Source of the DNA: a virus
Direction: 5' to 3' (one strand)
IMG/VR virus record: IMGVR_UViG_3300048080_000657
Length of the DNA stretch: 21,713 nt
The position numbers were made by a program, and so were the translations under genes. This document shows positions 14,677 through 21,713 of this stretch, in pieces (position 1 is the first letter of the stretch; each line of letters begins with the position of its first letter). Under the pieces are notes generated by a model that worked only from the letters and a program-made list of their open reading frames with translations, was not told the origin of the DNA and ran no database searches.

Positions 14677-14862
14677 AATCCCCTTATATATATACCCCTT
14701 TTCTGGAGATACACGGACCACCCCTTATGATCAATCGACTTTCAGGGGGAACATCGGTAACGCGGTCACAACAGGTGTATCTAGTTAATTGCCAAAAACT
14801 TACAGTGTTACCGGTGGGGTGGGTTATCGGGAACAGAAAACCGGTATATATATAAGGGGATT
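14677..14862. other. Putative replication origin: AT-rich region bounded by inverted repeats
   Basis: Perfect 20-bp IR AATCCCCTTATATATATACC (14677-14696 / 14843-14862), extending to 27/29 bp. Inner CGGTAAC/GTTACCG IR (14755-14761 / 14807-14813) flanks an AT-rich core. Confidence 0.65.
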
Positions 14863-14868
14863 GGGTCC

Positions 14869-16521
14869 GTGGCCGAAACTGGATGTATTCTCGGGCCCCC
14901 AGGGGTGGGCAAGACAACCGCCTGCATCACCCTGTGCCGTTCTTGGATCGACCAGGGGGTGGATTCCTCCCTGATCGCCTACCTCGCCTTCACCCGAGCG
15001 GCTGCCAAAGAGGCGGTTATCCGCATCATGGAGGGTGAGGAGGACGTCTCCGAGGATACCGTCAAGGAGAGGTTTCCGCTCTTCCGCACCATCCACAGCC
15101 TTGCCTACCGCGGGCTCAAGGGGGCGAAACCCGACCTCAGGGTGATGACGCCGGCCGACATGAAAGCCTTTTCTAAGGAAACGGGCTACCAGGGGAGGTT
15201 CGCCGTATCCGACTGGGAGGACATGTCTGACGCCCTCCAAAAGGCCCGCGAATCCTCTACCGACAGCGTCTGGGACAAAGCTCTGGCGGCGTACATGATC
15301 AGCCGCGTCACCGCCGCCACCCCGGAGGGGTTCGAGCGCGCGCGCACCGAGATGTCGTCCGCCGCGCTCCGCATGGGGTTCCTCCAAGGACACGTCTATC
15401 GCGCGCTCATCAAGCGCTACGAAGACTTTAAGAAGCGCGAGGGACTAGTCGACTTCACAGACATGCTGGAGTTCGCGGCGACGGAGATGAAGCCGCTTGA
15501 CCATGTGAAGAGGGTCGTACTCGACGAATCGCAGGATCTTTGTGCCGCCCACTATCAGATAGGCAGGCTCTTCCCGAACGCGGACGAGGTCTGGTACGCC
15601 GGAGATGAGGATCAGGCTATTTTTTCATTCAGTGGAGCGTCGGCCGATCTCTTCCTCGATCGCTATCGTCGCGCCTCACGGCGGATCATCCTTCGCCAGA
15701 CGTACCGCTTTGGCAGGGAGATCGTGGACTATTCCGCCAAGATCATCCGGCGTATCCGGAACCGGATCGAGAAGAACATCATCGGCGTGGCGGGCCGCCA
15801 GGGCCGCATCGAGAAGGCCGGAAAGTTCGTGCCGCCAAAGGGCGAAGTGCTGATCCTGCATAGGCACGTTCAAGGATGCCAGGAGATCGCGCGCGCATTC
15901 GTGGATGCGGGGCTACCTTTCAGGAACGAGCGGGGTCGGGATCCGCTTTCAGCGCACGAGAGGATCAAGGCATGGATGGCGCTTGAGCAGCTCGCGAACG
16001 GCGCGACGGCCTCCGCCGGCGGCATCCGGATCCTCCTCGAGGACTACATGCCGAGCTTCAGGGTGGACGAGCACGGGCAGAAAGTGCGGTTGATCGCCCG
16101 CGGCGGGATCAAGAAGATCGGAGAAATAGCGGGCTCCGGTATCGTGATGAACCTGACAGACCTGGTTGGCGGATCGATCCTCACCGAGCGCGGTGTCGAG
16201 ATCATCAGCTCTCGTGGTTACCAAGTCTTCGATCATTGGCAGGACTTCGAGTACTACGGGAAGGTCGTCGAGAACGGCCATGACCTGGACGGCGTAAAAG
16301 TGCCGGTCATCACGACGATACATGGGTCGAAGGGAAGACAGGCGGAGCGCGTGGTCGTGTTCAGCGAGATGAACCGGCGCTGCCTGGAGGACCGCGATAC
16401 GGAGCACAGGCTCGCCTACGTCGCCGCCACGCGGACGAAGACGGACCTCACGATATGCGGCGAGGACACGGTGGAATGGGCATCGATGGATTATGACTAC
16501 CCGGAGCCAGCGGGAGCGTGA
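14869..16521 (+). CDS. UvrD/Rep-family (SF1A) helicase, compact phage type
   Basis: Motifs GPPGVGKTT, LAFTRAAA, RTIHSLA, DFTDML, LDESQD, GDEDQAIF, LRQTYR, TIHGSKG, YVAATR. Confidence 0.95.
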   Translation: MAETGCILGPPGVGKTTACITLCRSWIDQGVDSSLIAYLAFTRAAAKEAVIRIMEGEEDVSEDTVKERFPLFRTIHSLAYRGLKGAKPDLRVMTPADMKAFSKETGYQGRFAVSDWEDMSDALQKARESSTDSVWDKALAAYMISRVTAATPEGFERARTEMSSAALRMGFLQGHVYRALIKRYEDFKKREGLVDFTDMLEFAATEMKPLDHVKRVVLDESQDLCAAHYQIGRLFPNADEVWYAGDEDQAIFSFSGASADLFLDRYRRASRRIILRQTYRFGREIVDYSAKIIRRIRNRIEKNIIGVAGRQGRIEKAGKFVPPKGEVLILHRHVQGCQEIARAFVDAGLPFRNERGRDPLSAHERIKAWMALEQLANGATASAGGIRILLEDYMPSFRVDEHGQKVRLIARGGIKKIGEIAGSGIVMNLTDLVGGSILTERGVEIISSRGYQVFDHWQDFEYYGKVVENGHDLDGVKVPVITTIHGSKGRQAERVVVFSEMNRRCLEDRDTEHRLAYVAATRTKTDLTICGEDTVEWASMDYDYPEPAGA

Positions 16522-18302
16522 TGGAGCTCAGGCCCTACCAACAGGCAGCGATCGCGGCGTCCGCGGAGGCGGAAGCGCGCGGAGTGACGAGACAGCTCAT
16601 CGTATGGGCAACAGGGTTGGGGAAAACCGTGGCAATTTCTGCTCTCGTAGCGGGAAAGGGAACACCGCGGACGTTCGGCTTCATGCACCGTGACGAACTC
16701 ATCCAACAGTCGATCGAGAAGCTGAAAATCTTCAATCCGGCGGCGAGAATCGGCGTCGAGAAGGCCGAGCTGCGCGCCGACCCGGACAAAGACAACATCG
16801 TCCTCGCGAGCGTCCAAAGCGTGGGGAGAAGCGACCGAGCGCGAATCTCGCGCTTTGACCCGGACTGGCCGCAGCTCGTTTGGCTGGACGAGGCCCATCA
16901 TGCCGTGGCAGACACCTTTCTCAATGTTCTCGATCACTTTGGTCTTCACGGCGAGTCGCCGAGACGTGACCGGCTTTTGATTGGAACGACGGCAACACCG
17001 GATCGCCTCGACGAGATGGGTTTCGATAAGATTTTCGACGACGTCGTCCACCGCTACGGTCTGCGGGAGGCGATCCGCGACGCTTGGCTGGCCGACATCC
17101 GGGCCTGGAGGAGGAAGAGCGACCTCGACCTCGCAGGCGTTCGTACGGTCAAGGGCGAGTTCGTGGAGAAGGACCTTGCCGAGGCGATCGACGCCTCGAG
17201 GATGAAGCAGGTCGCGGTCGAGACCTGGGAGGAGCGGTGCCGCGGGCGCCGGAGCCTCTTCTTCTGTGTGACGAAGGCGCATGCGCACGAGATCGCGGAG
17301 GCCATCAAGGCGAGAGGCGGGAAGGTCGCGGTCGTTGTGGATGACACGCCGAAGGCGGACCGCCGCGCCGCGATCGAGCTCTTCAAGTCGGGAGATCTCG
17401 ACGCTTTGACCGGAGTGTCCGTGTTTACTGAAGGTTTCGACGCCCCGGAGACCGAGTGCATCCACATCATTCGGCCCACGCGATCACGCGCTCTCTACAC
17501 GCAAATTATCGGTCGTGGGACGCGCAGGACTCCCACGAAGTCCTTCGTCGAGCTCTACGACTACACCGACCAGGTCCACGACGTCTGCTCGATCGGGCAG
17601 ATCTTCGGGCTGCCGGATTCGTGGGCACTGAACGGCCAGTCCGTGCCCGAGGAGGCTGACAAGGTCGAGGAGATTGAGGCGGATCTCGGCCTCAAGGCTG
17701 AAGGCACCAAGGGGATGCAGGAGCTCATCGGCCGCATCCACGAGCGGAGGATCGAGCTCATCAGAGGCACGCTTGCCGATAGCGGGCTCCCCTCGAGGCT
17801 CGCATGGATCAAGCCTTCCCAGGCGAAGGAGAGGTGGTTCATCTCGTGGAGGAACGAGACGAAGAACGGTCTCGGCAGGGTGCCTCCCAGCGTGCGCGAG
17901 GAGGCGGAAGACGTCATCGCGGACATGAATCTCTGGGGCGTCTACGAGCGGATCGAGGTCTTCAGGAATGAACTCGGGCGCTACGAGGCAAAGCTCCACC
18001 GAAGCGGTCCTGGGGATTCGAACACGAAGGGCGGCAGGCTCGACTCGGACCATTCGCTCGTGAAGCTCGTCTCGCGCCTGGACAAGTTGATCTTGGACCG
18101 GCGGCCTCACAAGGAGAAGCTCCTCCGGAAGAACGCTCCTTGGACCCGCCAACCCGCATCGGACAAGCAGAAGGAAGTCCTCCTCAGGAAGGGCGTGCCG
18201 CCCTCGATCGCGACGGGACTCACGAAGGGCGAGGCGTACAGCCTGATCAATATGCCCGGGGCCGTCATCAAGAAGTGGTTCGACGGCGTGGAGAAGGCGT
18301 GA
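16518..18302 (+). CDS. SF2 DEAH helicase (ResIII/Irc3-like phage helicase)
   Basis: LRPYQ, ATGLGKT, DEAH, TATPDRLD, EGFDAP, QIIGRGTR and a C-terminal PASDKQ...LTKGEA motif. ATGA overlap with the upstream gene. Confidence 0.95.
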   Translation: MMELRPYQQAAIAASAEAEARGVTRQLIVWATGLGKTVAISALVAGKGTPRTFGFMHRDELIQQSIEKLKIFNPAARIGVEKAELRADPDKDNIVLASVQSVGRSDRARISRFDPDWPQLVWLDEAHHAVADTFLNVLDHFGLHGESPRRDRLLIGTTATPDRLDEMGFDKIFDDVVHRYGLREAIRDAWLADIRAWRRKSDLDLAGVRTVKGEFVEKDLAEAIDASRMKQVAVETWEERCRGRRSLFFCVTKAHAHEIAEAIKARGGKVAVVVDDTPKADRRAAIELFKSGDLDALTGVSVFTEGFDAPETECIHIIRPTRSRALYTQIIGRGTRRTPTKSFVELYDYTDQVHDVCSIGQIFGLPDSWALNGQSVPEEADKVEEIEADLGLKAEGTKGMQELIGRIHERRIELIRGTLADSGLPSRLAWIKPSQAKERWFISWRNETKNGLGRVPPSVREEAEDVIADMNLWGVYERIEVFRNELGRYEAKLHRSGPGDSNTKGGRLDSDHSLVKLVSRLDKLILDRRPHKEKLLRKNAPWTRQPASDKQKEVLLRKGVPPSIATGLTKGEAYSLINMPGAVIKKWFDGVEKA

Positions 18303-18337
18303 CACAGGATGTCATAGCGTCCCTGTAGGAGTAACGT

Positions 18338-18565
18338 ATGACCGCGCAGGAGCTCAAGCCCAGGATTGAGGGGAAGGCCGGAGGATGCTTCCTCTGCAAG
18401 TGGACCGTCGAGGACCTGGACAAGAACGGGAAGCTGACTAACCATCCCGGGCAATGCAACGACGGCAACGACCTCTTCCCGGCCCGGGCCAAGGTGGCGC
18501 ATGCCTGGCTCGAGGGAGTCCTGACGCACGACGAGACGAAGGAGCTGCTTGAGACCTTAAAGTAG
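18338..18565 (+). CDS. Small hypothetical protein, possibly metal-binding
   Basis: 75 aa, AGGAG RBS, CFLC...HPGQC. Confidence 0.7.
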   Translation: MTAQELKPRIEGKAGGCFLCKWTVEDLDKNGKLTNHPGQCNDGNDLFPARAKVAHAWLEGVLTHDETKELLETLK

Positions 18566-18577
18566 ACTAGGTATACT
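18549..18577 (+). promoter_or_regulatory. sigma70 promoter with overlapping palindromic operator
   Basis: TTGAGA, 17 nt spacer, TATACT. AGTAGAC-TAG-GTATACT at 18561-18577. Confidence 0.75.
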
Positions 18578-18599
18578 GTATCCTTAGAAGGAGAAAGAC

Positions 18600-19679
18600 A
18601 TGTCCGAGCCTGAAAACGGGGAGTTGACGCCCACGACGGCGCCGACGGCGACCGTCGCGAGCCTCTCGATCAACGACCGGACGCTCCATCTCAACCGCGA
18701 CCAGGTGGAACTCCTCAAGCGCACCGTCTGCCGGGACTCGACCGACGACGAACTCGGGTTCTTCCTGGCCGTCGCAAGCCGAACGGGTTTGGACCCCTTC
18801 GTCCGCCAGATTCACGCCGTCAAGCGCTGGAGCCGTGAGAACGATCGCTGGGAGATGGCCATCCAGACCGGCATCGACGGCTACCGCCTGATCGCCCACC
18901 GGACGGGGCAGATGAACGGCCAGGACGGCCCCTTCTGGTGCGGACCGGACGGCGTCTGGAAGGACGTCTGGCTATCTGATGAGCCGCCCGTCGCCTGCAA
19001 GGTCGTGGTCTGGCGGAAGGGACACGACAAGCCCTACACCGGGATTGCGCGCTTCAACGCCTACGTCCAGCGGACGAAGGAAGGAGGGCCGAACCGGTTC
19101 TGGAAGCTGATGCCGGACAACATGATCGCGAAGTGCAGCGAGAGTTTGGCGCTGCGCAAGGCCTTCCCGGCGGAGCTTGCAGGCATCTTCACCAACGAGG
19201 AGATGGAGCAGGCCGATAACGAGCCGGGAGCCCCGCCGCAGAGGTCGCAGAAATCATCGAGGAGGGGCGACACGGCCGCCGGCACTACCGCGGAGGGCAC
19301 GCCCAATCCGACGAAGTCACCGAAGGAGGCGGCCCTCGAGGCACTTCAGAAGAACCTGGTCATCGTCCTTCGGAAGGCGACCGGTGCGGCGGACGATGTC
19401 GCGGCGCGGACTCACCTCAAGGCGCTTGCGAACGTCGACCATGAGTCCAAGATGTCCGAGGAAGACATCCGCGACCTCGGCAAGGCCCTCCATGCGATCG
19501 GCAAGGGGGCGAAGCTCGAGGAAGGGATGATCACGGTCATCGACTCCGACGAGCAACTCTGGCCGAGGAAGCAAGCCAAGAAGAAGGCATCCCCTCCTCC
19601 GAAGGAGGAACCGCCTCCGGCCGAACCAGTTGCTGCGGCGAAGATCCCGGTGAGCGCCGTCGAGAAGCCTCTCTTCTAG
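18600..19679 (+). CDS. bet: Phage single-strand annealing protein, Bet/RecT family
   Basis: LDPFVRQIHAVKR, IQTGIDGYRLIAHRTG and W..MP..MIAKCSESLALRKAFP. Strong AAGGAG RBS. Confidence 0.92.
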   Translation: MSEPENGELTPTTAPTATVASLSINDRTLHLNRDQVELLKRTVCRDSTDDELGFFLAVASRTGLDPFVRQIHAVKRWSRENDRWEMAIQTGIDGYRLIAHRTGQMNGQDGPFWCGPDGVWKDVWLSDEPPVACKVVVWRKGHDKPYTGIARFNAYVQRTKEGGPNRFWKLMPDNMIAKCSESLALRKAFPAELAGIFTNEEMEQADNEPGAPPQRSQKSSRRGDTAAGTTAEGTPNPTKSPKEAALEALQKNLVIVLRKATGAADDVAARTHLKALANVDHESKMSEEDIRDLGKALHAIGKGAKLEEGMITVIDSDEQLWPRKQAKKKASPPPKEEPPPAEPVAAAKIPVSAVEKPLF

Positions 19680-19694
19680 CCCGGAGGAGCTACC

Positions 19695-20156
19695 GTGTCC
19701 ATCGACGAGACCCCGATCGCAGAACGCGCCCTGAATGGCGCCAAGCTGCTGGGCCAGCTATGGCGCGCGGGCGAGCGTTGCGCCTCCGGCTGGTCGCTCG
19801 GAAAGGAGGCCGGATGCTCCTGCGGAGAGGCTGCCACGAAGTTCTGCAAGGCGAGAGAGCTCTGGGTTTCACTCGCCGTAATCGACGGACGGGATCCACT
19901 CGAAGGCGAGTTCGCCCTTGCGCTCATGATGAAGGCGTCCGAGTGGGATGCAACGGGTCTTGTCATGACCGCAGAACCCAGCCAAATCGGCCGGGTCACG
20001 ATCGGCCCGAAACCTGCGTCCGAGGTTACGATGTCAGAGCTCGCGTCGCTCGCGCGGTCTCCGGACTCCGCGGAGGGAATCTTGCGGCTCATGAGGAAGT
20101 TCCCCGGCTCCGTGATGGATCTATCGCCCGTCGCAGGCGATCAGAAATCCCGTTGA
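19695..20156 (+). CDS. Hypothetical protein (153 aa)
   Basis: GGAGGAG RBS before GTG. Fills the gap after bet. Confidence 0.7.
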   Translation: MSIDETPIAERALNGAKLLGQLWRAGERCASGWSLGKEAGCSCGEAATKFCKARELWVSLAVIDGRDPLEGEFALALMMKASEWDATGLVMTAEPSQIGRVTIGPKPASEVTMSELASLARSPDSAEGILRLMRKFPGSVMDLSPVAGDQKSR

Positions 20157-20181
20157 CGAAGTAAAGTACACCCGGTATACT
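20153..20181 (+). promoter_or_regulatory. sigma70 promoter with overlapping palindromic operator
   Basis: TTGACG, 17 nt spacer, TATACT. AGTACAC-CCG-GTATACT at 20165-20181. Confidence 0.8.
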
Positions 20182-20189
20182 AGAGCGCG

Positions 20190-20621
20190 ATGGACGACCC
20201 AGAATCCCCGAAGGACTGGTCGCCGCGCGGGGAGCCGGCGCCCGGAAAGGGGTGGCTCCGTGTGTGGCACGCGGATGGAGACGACGTTTATCTCCACGAG
20301 GACAAGCCGTGGGCCTACCTCGACATGAGTAAGTGCAGCGCGCATTCCAATGGGTTCTGCGTGCTCTGTGCTGCAAGGTTAGTGCGTGTGGCGGGAGAAC
20401 TCATGCTGGCGCTGCAGAAGGCCGCGCACGGAGTCGCGCGCCCGAAACTCCCAAGAGAAAACGCGCCACCCTACGACCAGGCCACGAAGGAGCGCAAGCG
20501 GATACTGTCGCTCCTCCGTCGCATGGCAGACCAGTGTCGTTCGGCCGGCGAGGAGGCGCGCACTGCCTGGACCGAGAGCATGGCCGCGCTCGTCGAGACC
20601 GACTTCGCGGAACCACCTTAG
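20190..20621 (+). CDS. Hypothetical protein (143 aa), likely leaderless
   Basis: ATG 8 nt after the -10. Contains CSAH...CVLC. Confidence 0.65.
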   Translation: MDDPESPKDWSPRGEPAPGKGWLRVWHADGDDVYLHEDKPWAYLDMSKCSAHSNGFCVLCAARLVRVAGELMLALQKAAHGVARPKLPRENAPPYDQATKERKRILSLLRRMADQCRSAGEEARTAWTESMAALVETDFAEPP

Positions 20622-20694
20622 GCCAACACGAAATAGCTTGACGCCAGCGCTTCGGGCAGGTGTTTCTACCTATTGGCGACGACAGGAGGAAACG

Positions 20695-21144
20695 ATGGCC
20701 GACGAATCAATCACAAAGCAGAAGTTGAACCCCGAGGAGTTGCTTGCCCAGCTTCAGCAGGCGCAGCGCGATATCCAGGAGGAGCGACGCCAGGCGGAGC
20801 GGCGCGTCGCCGAGGAGCACGGCCGCGGTGAACACGACAAGTCGCGGATCCGCGAGCATTTCGAGAGCCGCATCAGGGGGCTCGAGGCGGAGAGTTCAGC
20901 GCTCCTCCGCATGCTCGGCAGGCTTCAGGAGGAGAACGATCGCCTCTGCGAGGAGGTCGTGGTGTTTCGTGCAAGGAGCCTGGGGAACGGAGAAGTGACA
21001 AAGGGCGCCGCGCATGCCACCGCGCCTGAGGCAGCAGCGGACGGTGAACCTCCGGCCGGAGGAAGAATGGACGTACGATCCGTGGCAGTCGTTCTTCCGG
21101 ACACGCCGGCGCTCGGGAGGGGCGTGACGGTCAAGAAGCCGTAG
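20695..21144 (+). CDS. Coiled-coil hypothetical protein (149 aa)
   Basis: AGGAGG RBS before ATG 20695 (MADESITKQKLNPEELL...). This is the 3' part of track ORF 20386..21144. Confidence 0.75.
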   Translation: MADESITKQKLNPEELLAQLQQAQRDIQEERRQAERRVAEEHGRGEHDKSRIREHFESRIRGLEAESSALLRMLGRLQEENDRLCEEVVVFRARSLGNGEVTKGAAHATAPEAAADGEPPAGGRMDVRSVAVVLPDTPALGRGVTVKKP

Positions 21145-21145
21145 G

Positions 21146-21622
21146 ATGATCGTGGGAGAGAAGGGGTTCGCCATGCATGCGGGAACAGGCCTCTGGCCCT
21201 TCGACAGGAACCCGGGCCGCGAGGAGATCGAACGGCTCTACAGGGTCGCCTACTACGTCGACTCCTCCGTCTTCCGGAGGGAGGATCTCGTCGACTTCGG
21301 CATCGACTTCCACCGCCTCAAGGAATGCGGCGAGGTCCGGATGAAGAAGCCCCTTCTGCAACTCCGCCGGCACGTCAAGGGTCTCTGGGACAGGATGGGC
21401 AGGGATCAGAGAGCCATGTTCCTGATGGGCCATTTCGCGCATACGCTCAGGCGCGCGCAGGCCGTGCTCGGCGAGTTGAGGACGCTTTTCGGGGACGTGG
21501 AGGACGAGAAACAGGCGCTCGATCTGGCCATGACGCGGCTCTGCGGAAGGCTTCCGGAAACTCTGCGGAAGAAGCTCGACCAGGGGCTCGGCAAGGCGTG
21601 GTCGATAAACGGGGGACCGTAG
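21146..21622 (+). CDS. Hypothetical protein (start may be ATG 21173)
   Basis: Co-oriented, immediately after the previous stop, helical composition. Confidence 0.6.
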   Translation: MIVGEKGFAMHAGTGLWPFDRNPGREEIERLYRVAYYVDSSVFRREDLVDFGIDFHRLKECGEVRMKKPLLQLRRHVKGLWDRMGRDQRAMFLMGHFAHTLRRAQAVLGELRTLFGDVEDEKQALDLAMTRLCGRLPETLRKKLDQGLGKAWSINGGP

Positions 21623-21637
21623 AGGGGGATTGATGCG

Positions 21638-21713
21638 ATGGAGAGGCCGGGACACAGGGACATGGCGCGGGAACTCGACTCCATGGACCGCGACGTCACG
21701 TCGTGGGAGGCGA
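21638..21713 (+). CDS. Start of a truncated hypothetical protein
   Basis: GAGGGGG RBS-like sequence, ATG 21638, MERPGHRDMARELDSMDRDVTSWEA... open to the window end. Confidence 0.4.
   Translation, partial: MERPGHRDMARELDSMDRDVTSWEA

Noticed and set aside
14677-14862. MITE interpretation of the terminal inverted repeats
   Set aside because: No target-site duplication and no transposase. The position after rep and the nested GTAAC repeats fit an origin better.
16518-18302. Type I/III restriction or other defence-system helicase
   Set aside because: No methyltransferase or nuclease domain. The C-terminal motif and context match phage SF2 helicases.
20638-20666. TTGACG as a promoter for the 20695 gene
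   Set aside because: No acceptable -10 hexamer at 16-18 nt spacing.

Overview
GC-rich fragment of a bacterial virus or provirus with two divergent arms meeting at about 12.6-12.9 kb. The left arm (minus strand) is an apparent virion-morphogenesis operon with no recognisable HK97 capsid, portal, terminase or tail-tube genes. In transcription order it encodes an HTH/coiled-coil protein, a transglutaminase-like Cys-His-Asp enzyme, small membrane proteins, a beta-rich Cys-rich candidate major capsid protein (strong RBS, followed by a terminator), minor beta-rich proteins, and two (Ser-Gly-X)n repeat fibre/spike proteins. This suggests a tailless, membrane-containing virus, which is an inference. 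The right arm (plus strand) is a replication/recombination module: a RepB-like AEP primase whose catalytic motifs look degenerate, an origin-like inverted-repeat region, a UvrD-like SF1 helicase, an SF2 helicase, a Bet-like annealase and small hypotheticals. Non-coding features of note are several clear sigma70 promoters, a shared palindromic operator, a switch/pseudoknot-like leader before the rep gene and a GGAAnnTTCC repeat array. A shared RRPFLA/LG motif in membrane proteins may be the maturation site for the transglutaminase-like enzyme. No integrase, DNA polymerase or packaging ATPase is visible in the window.
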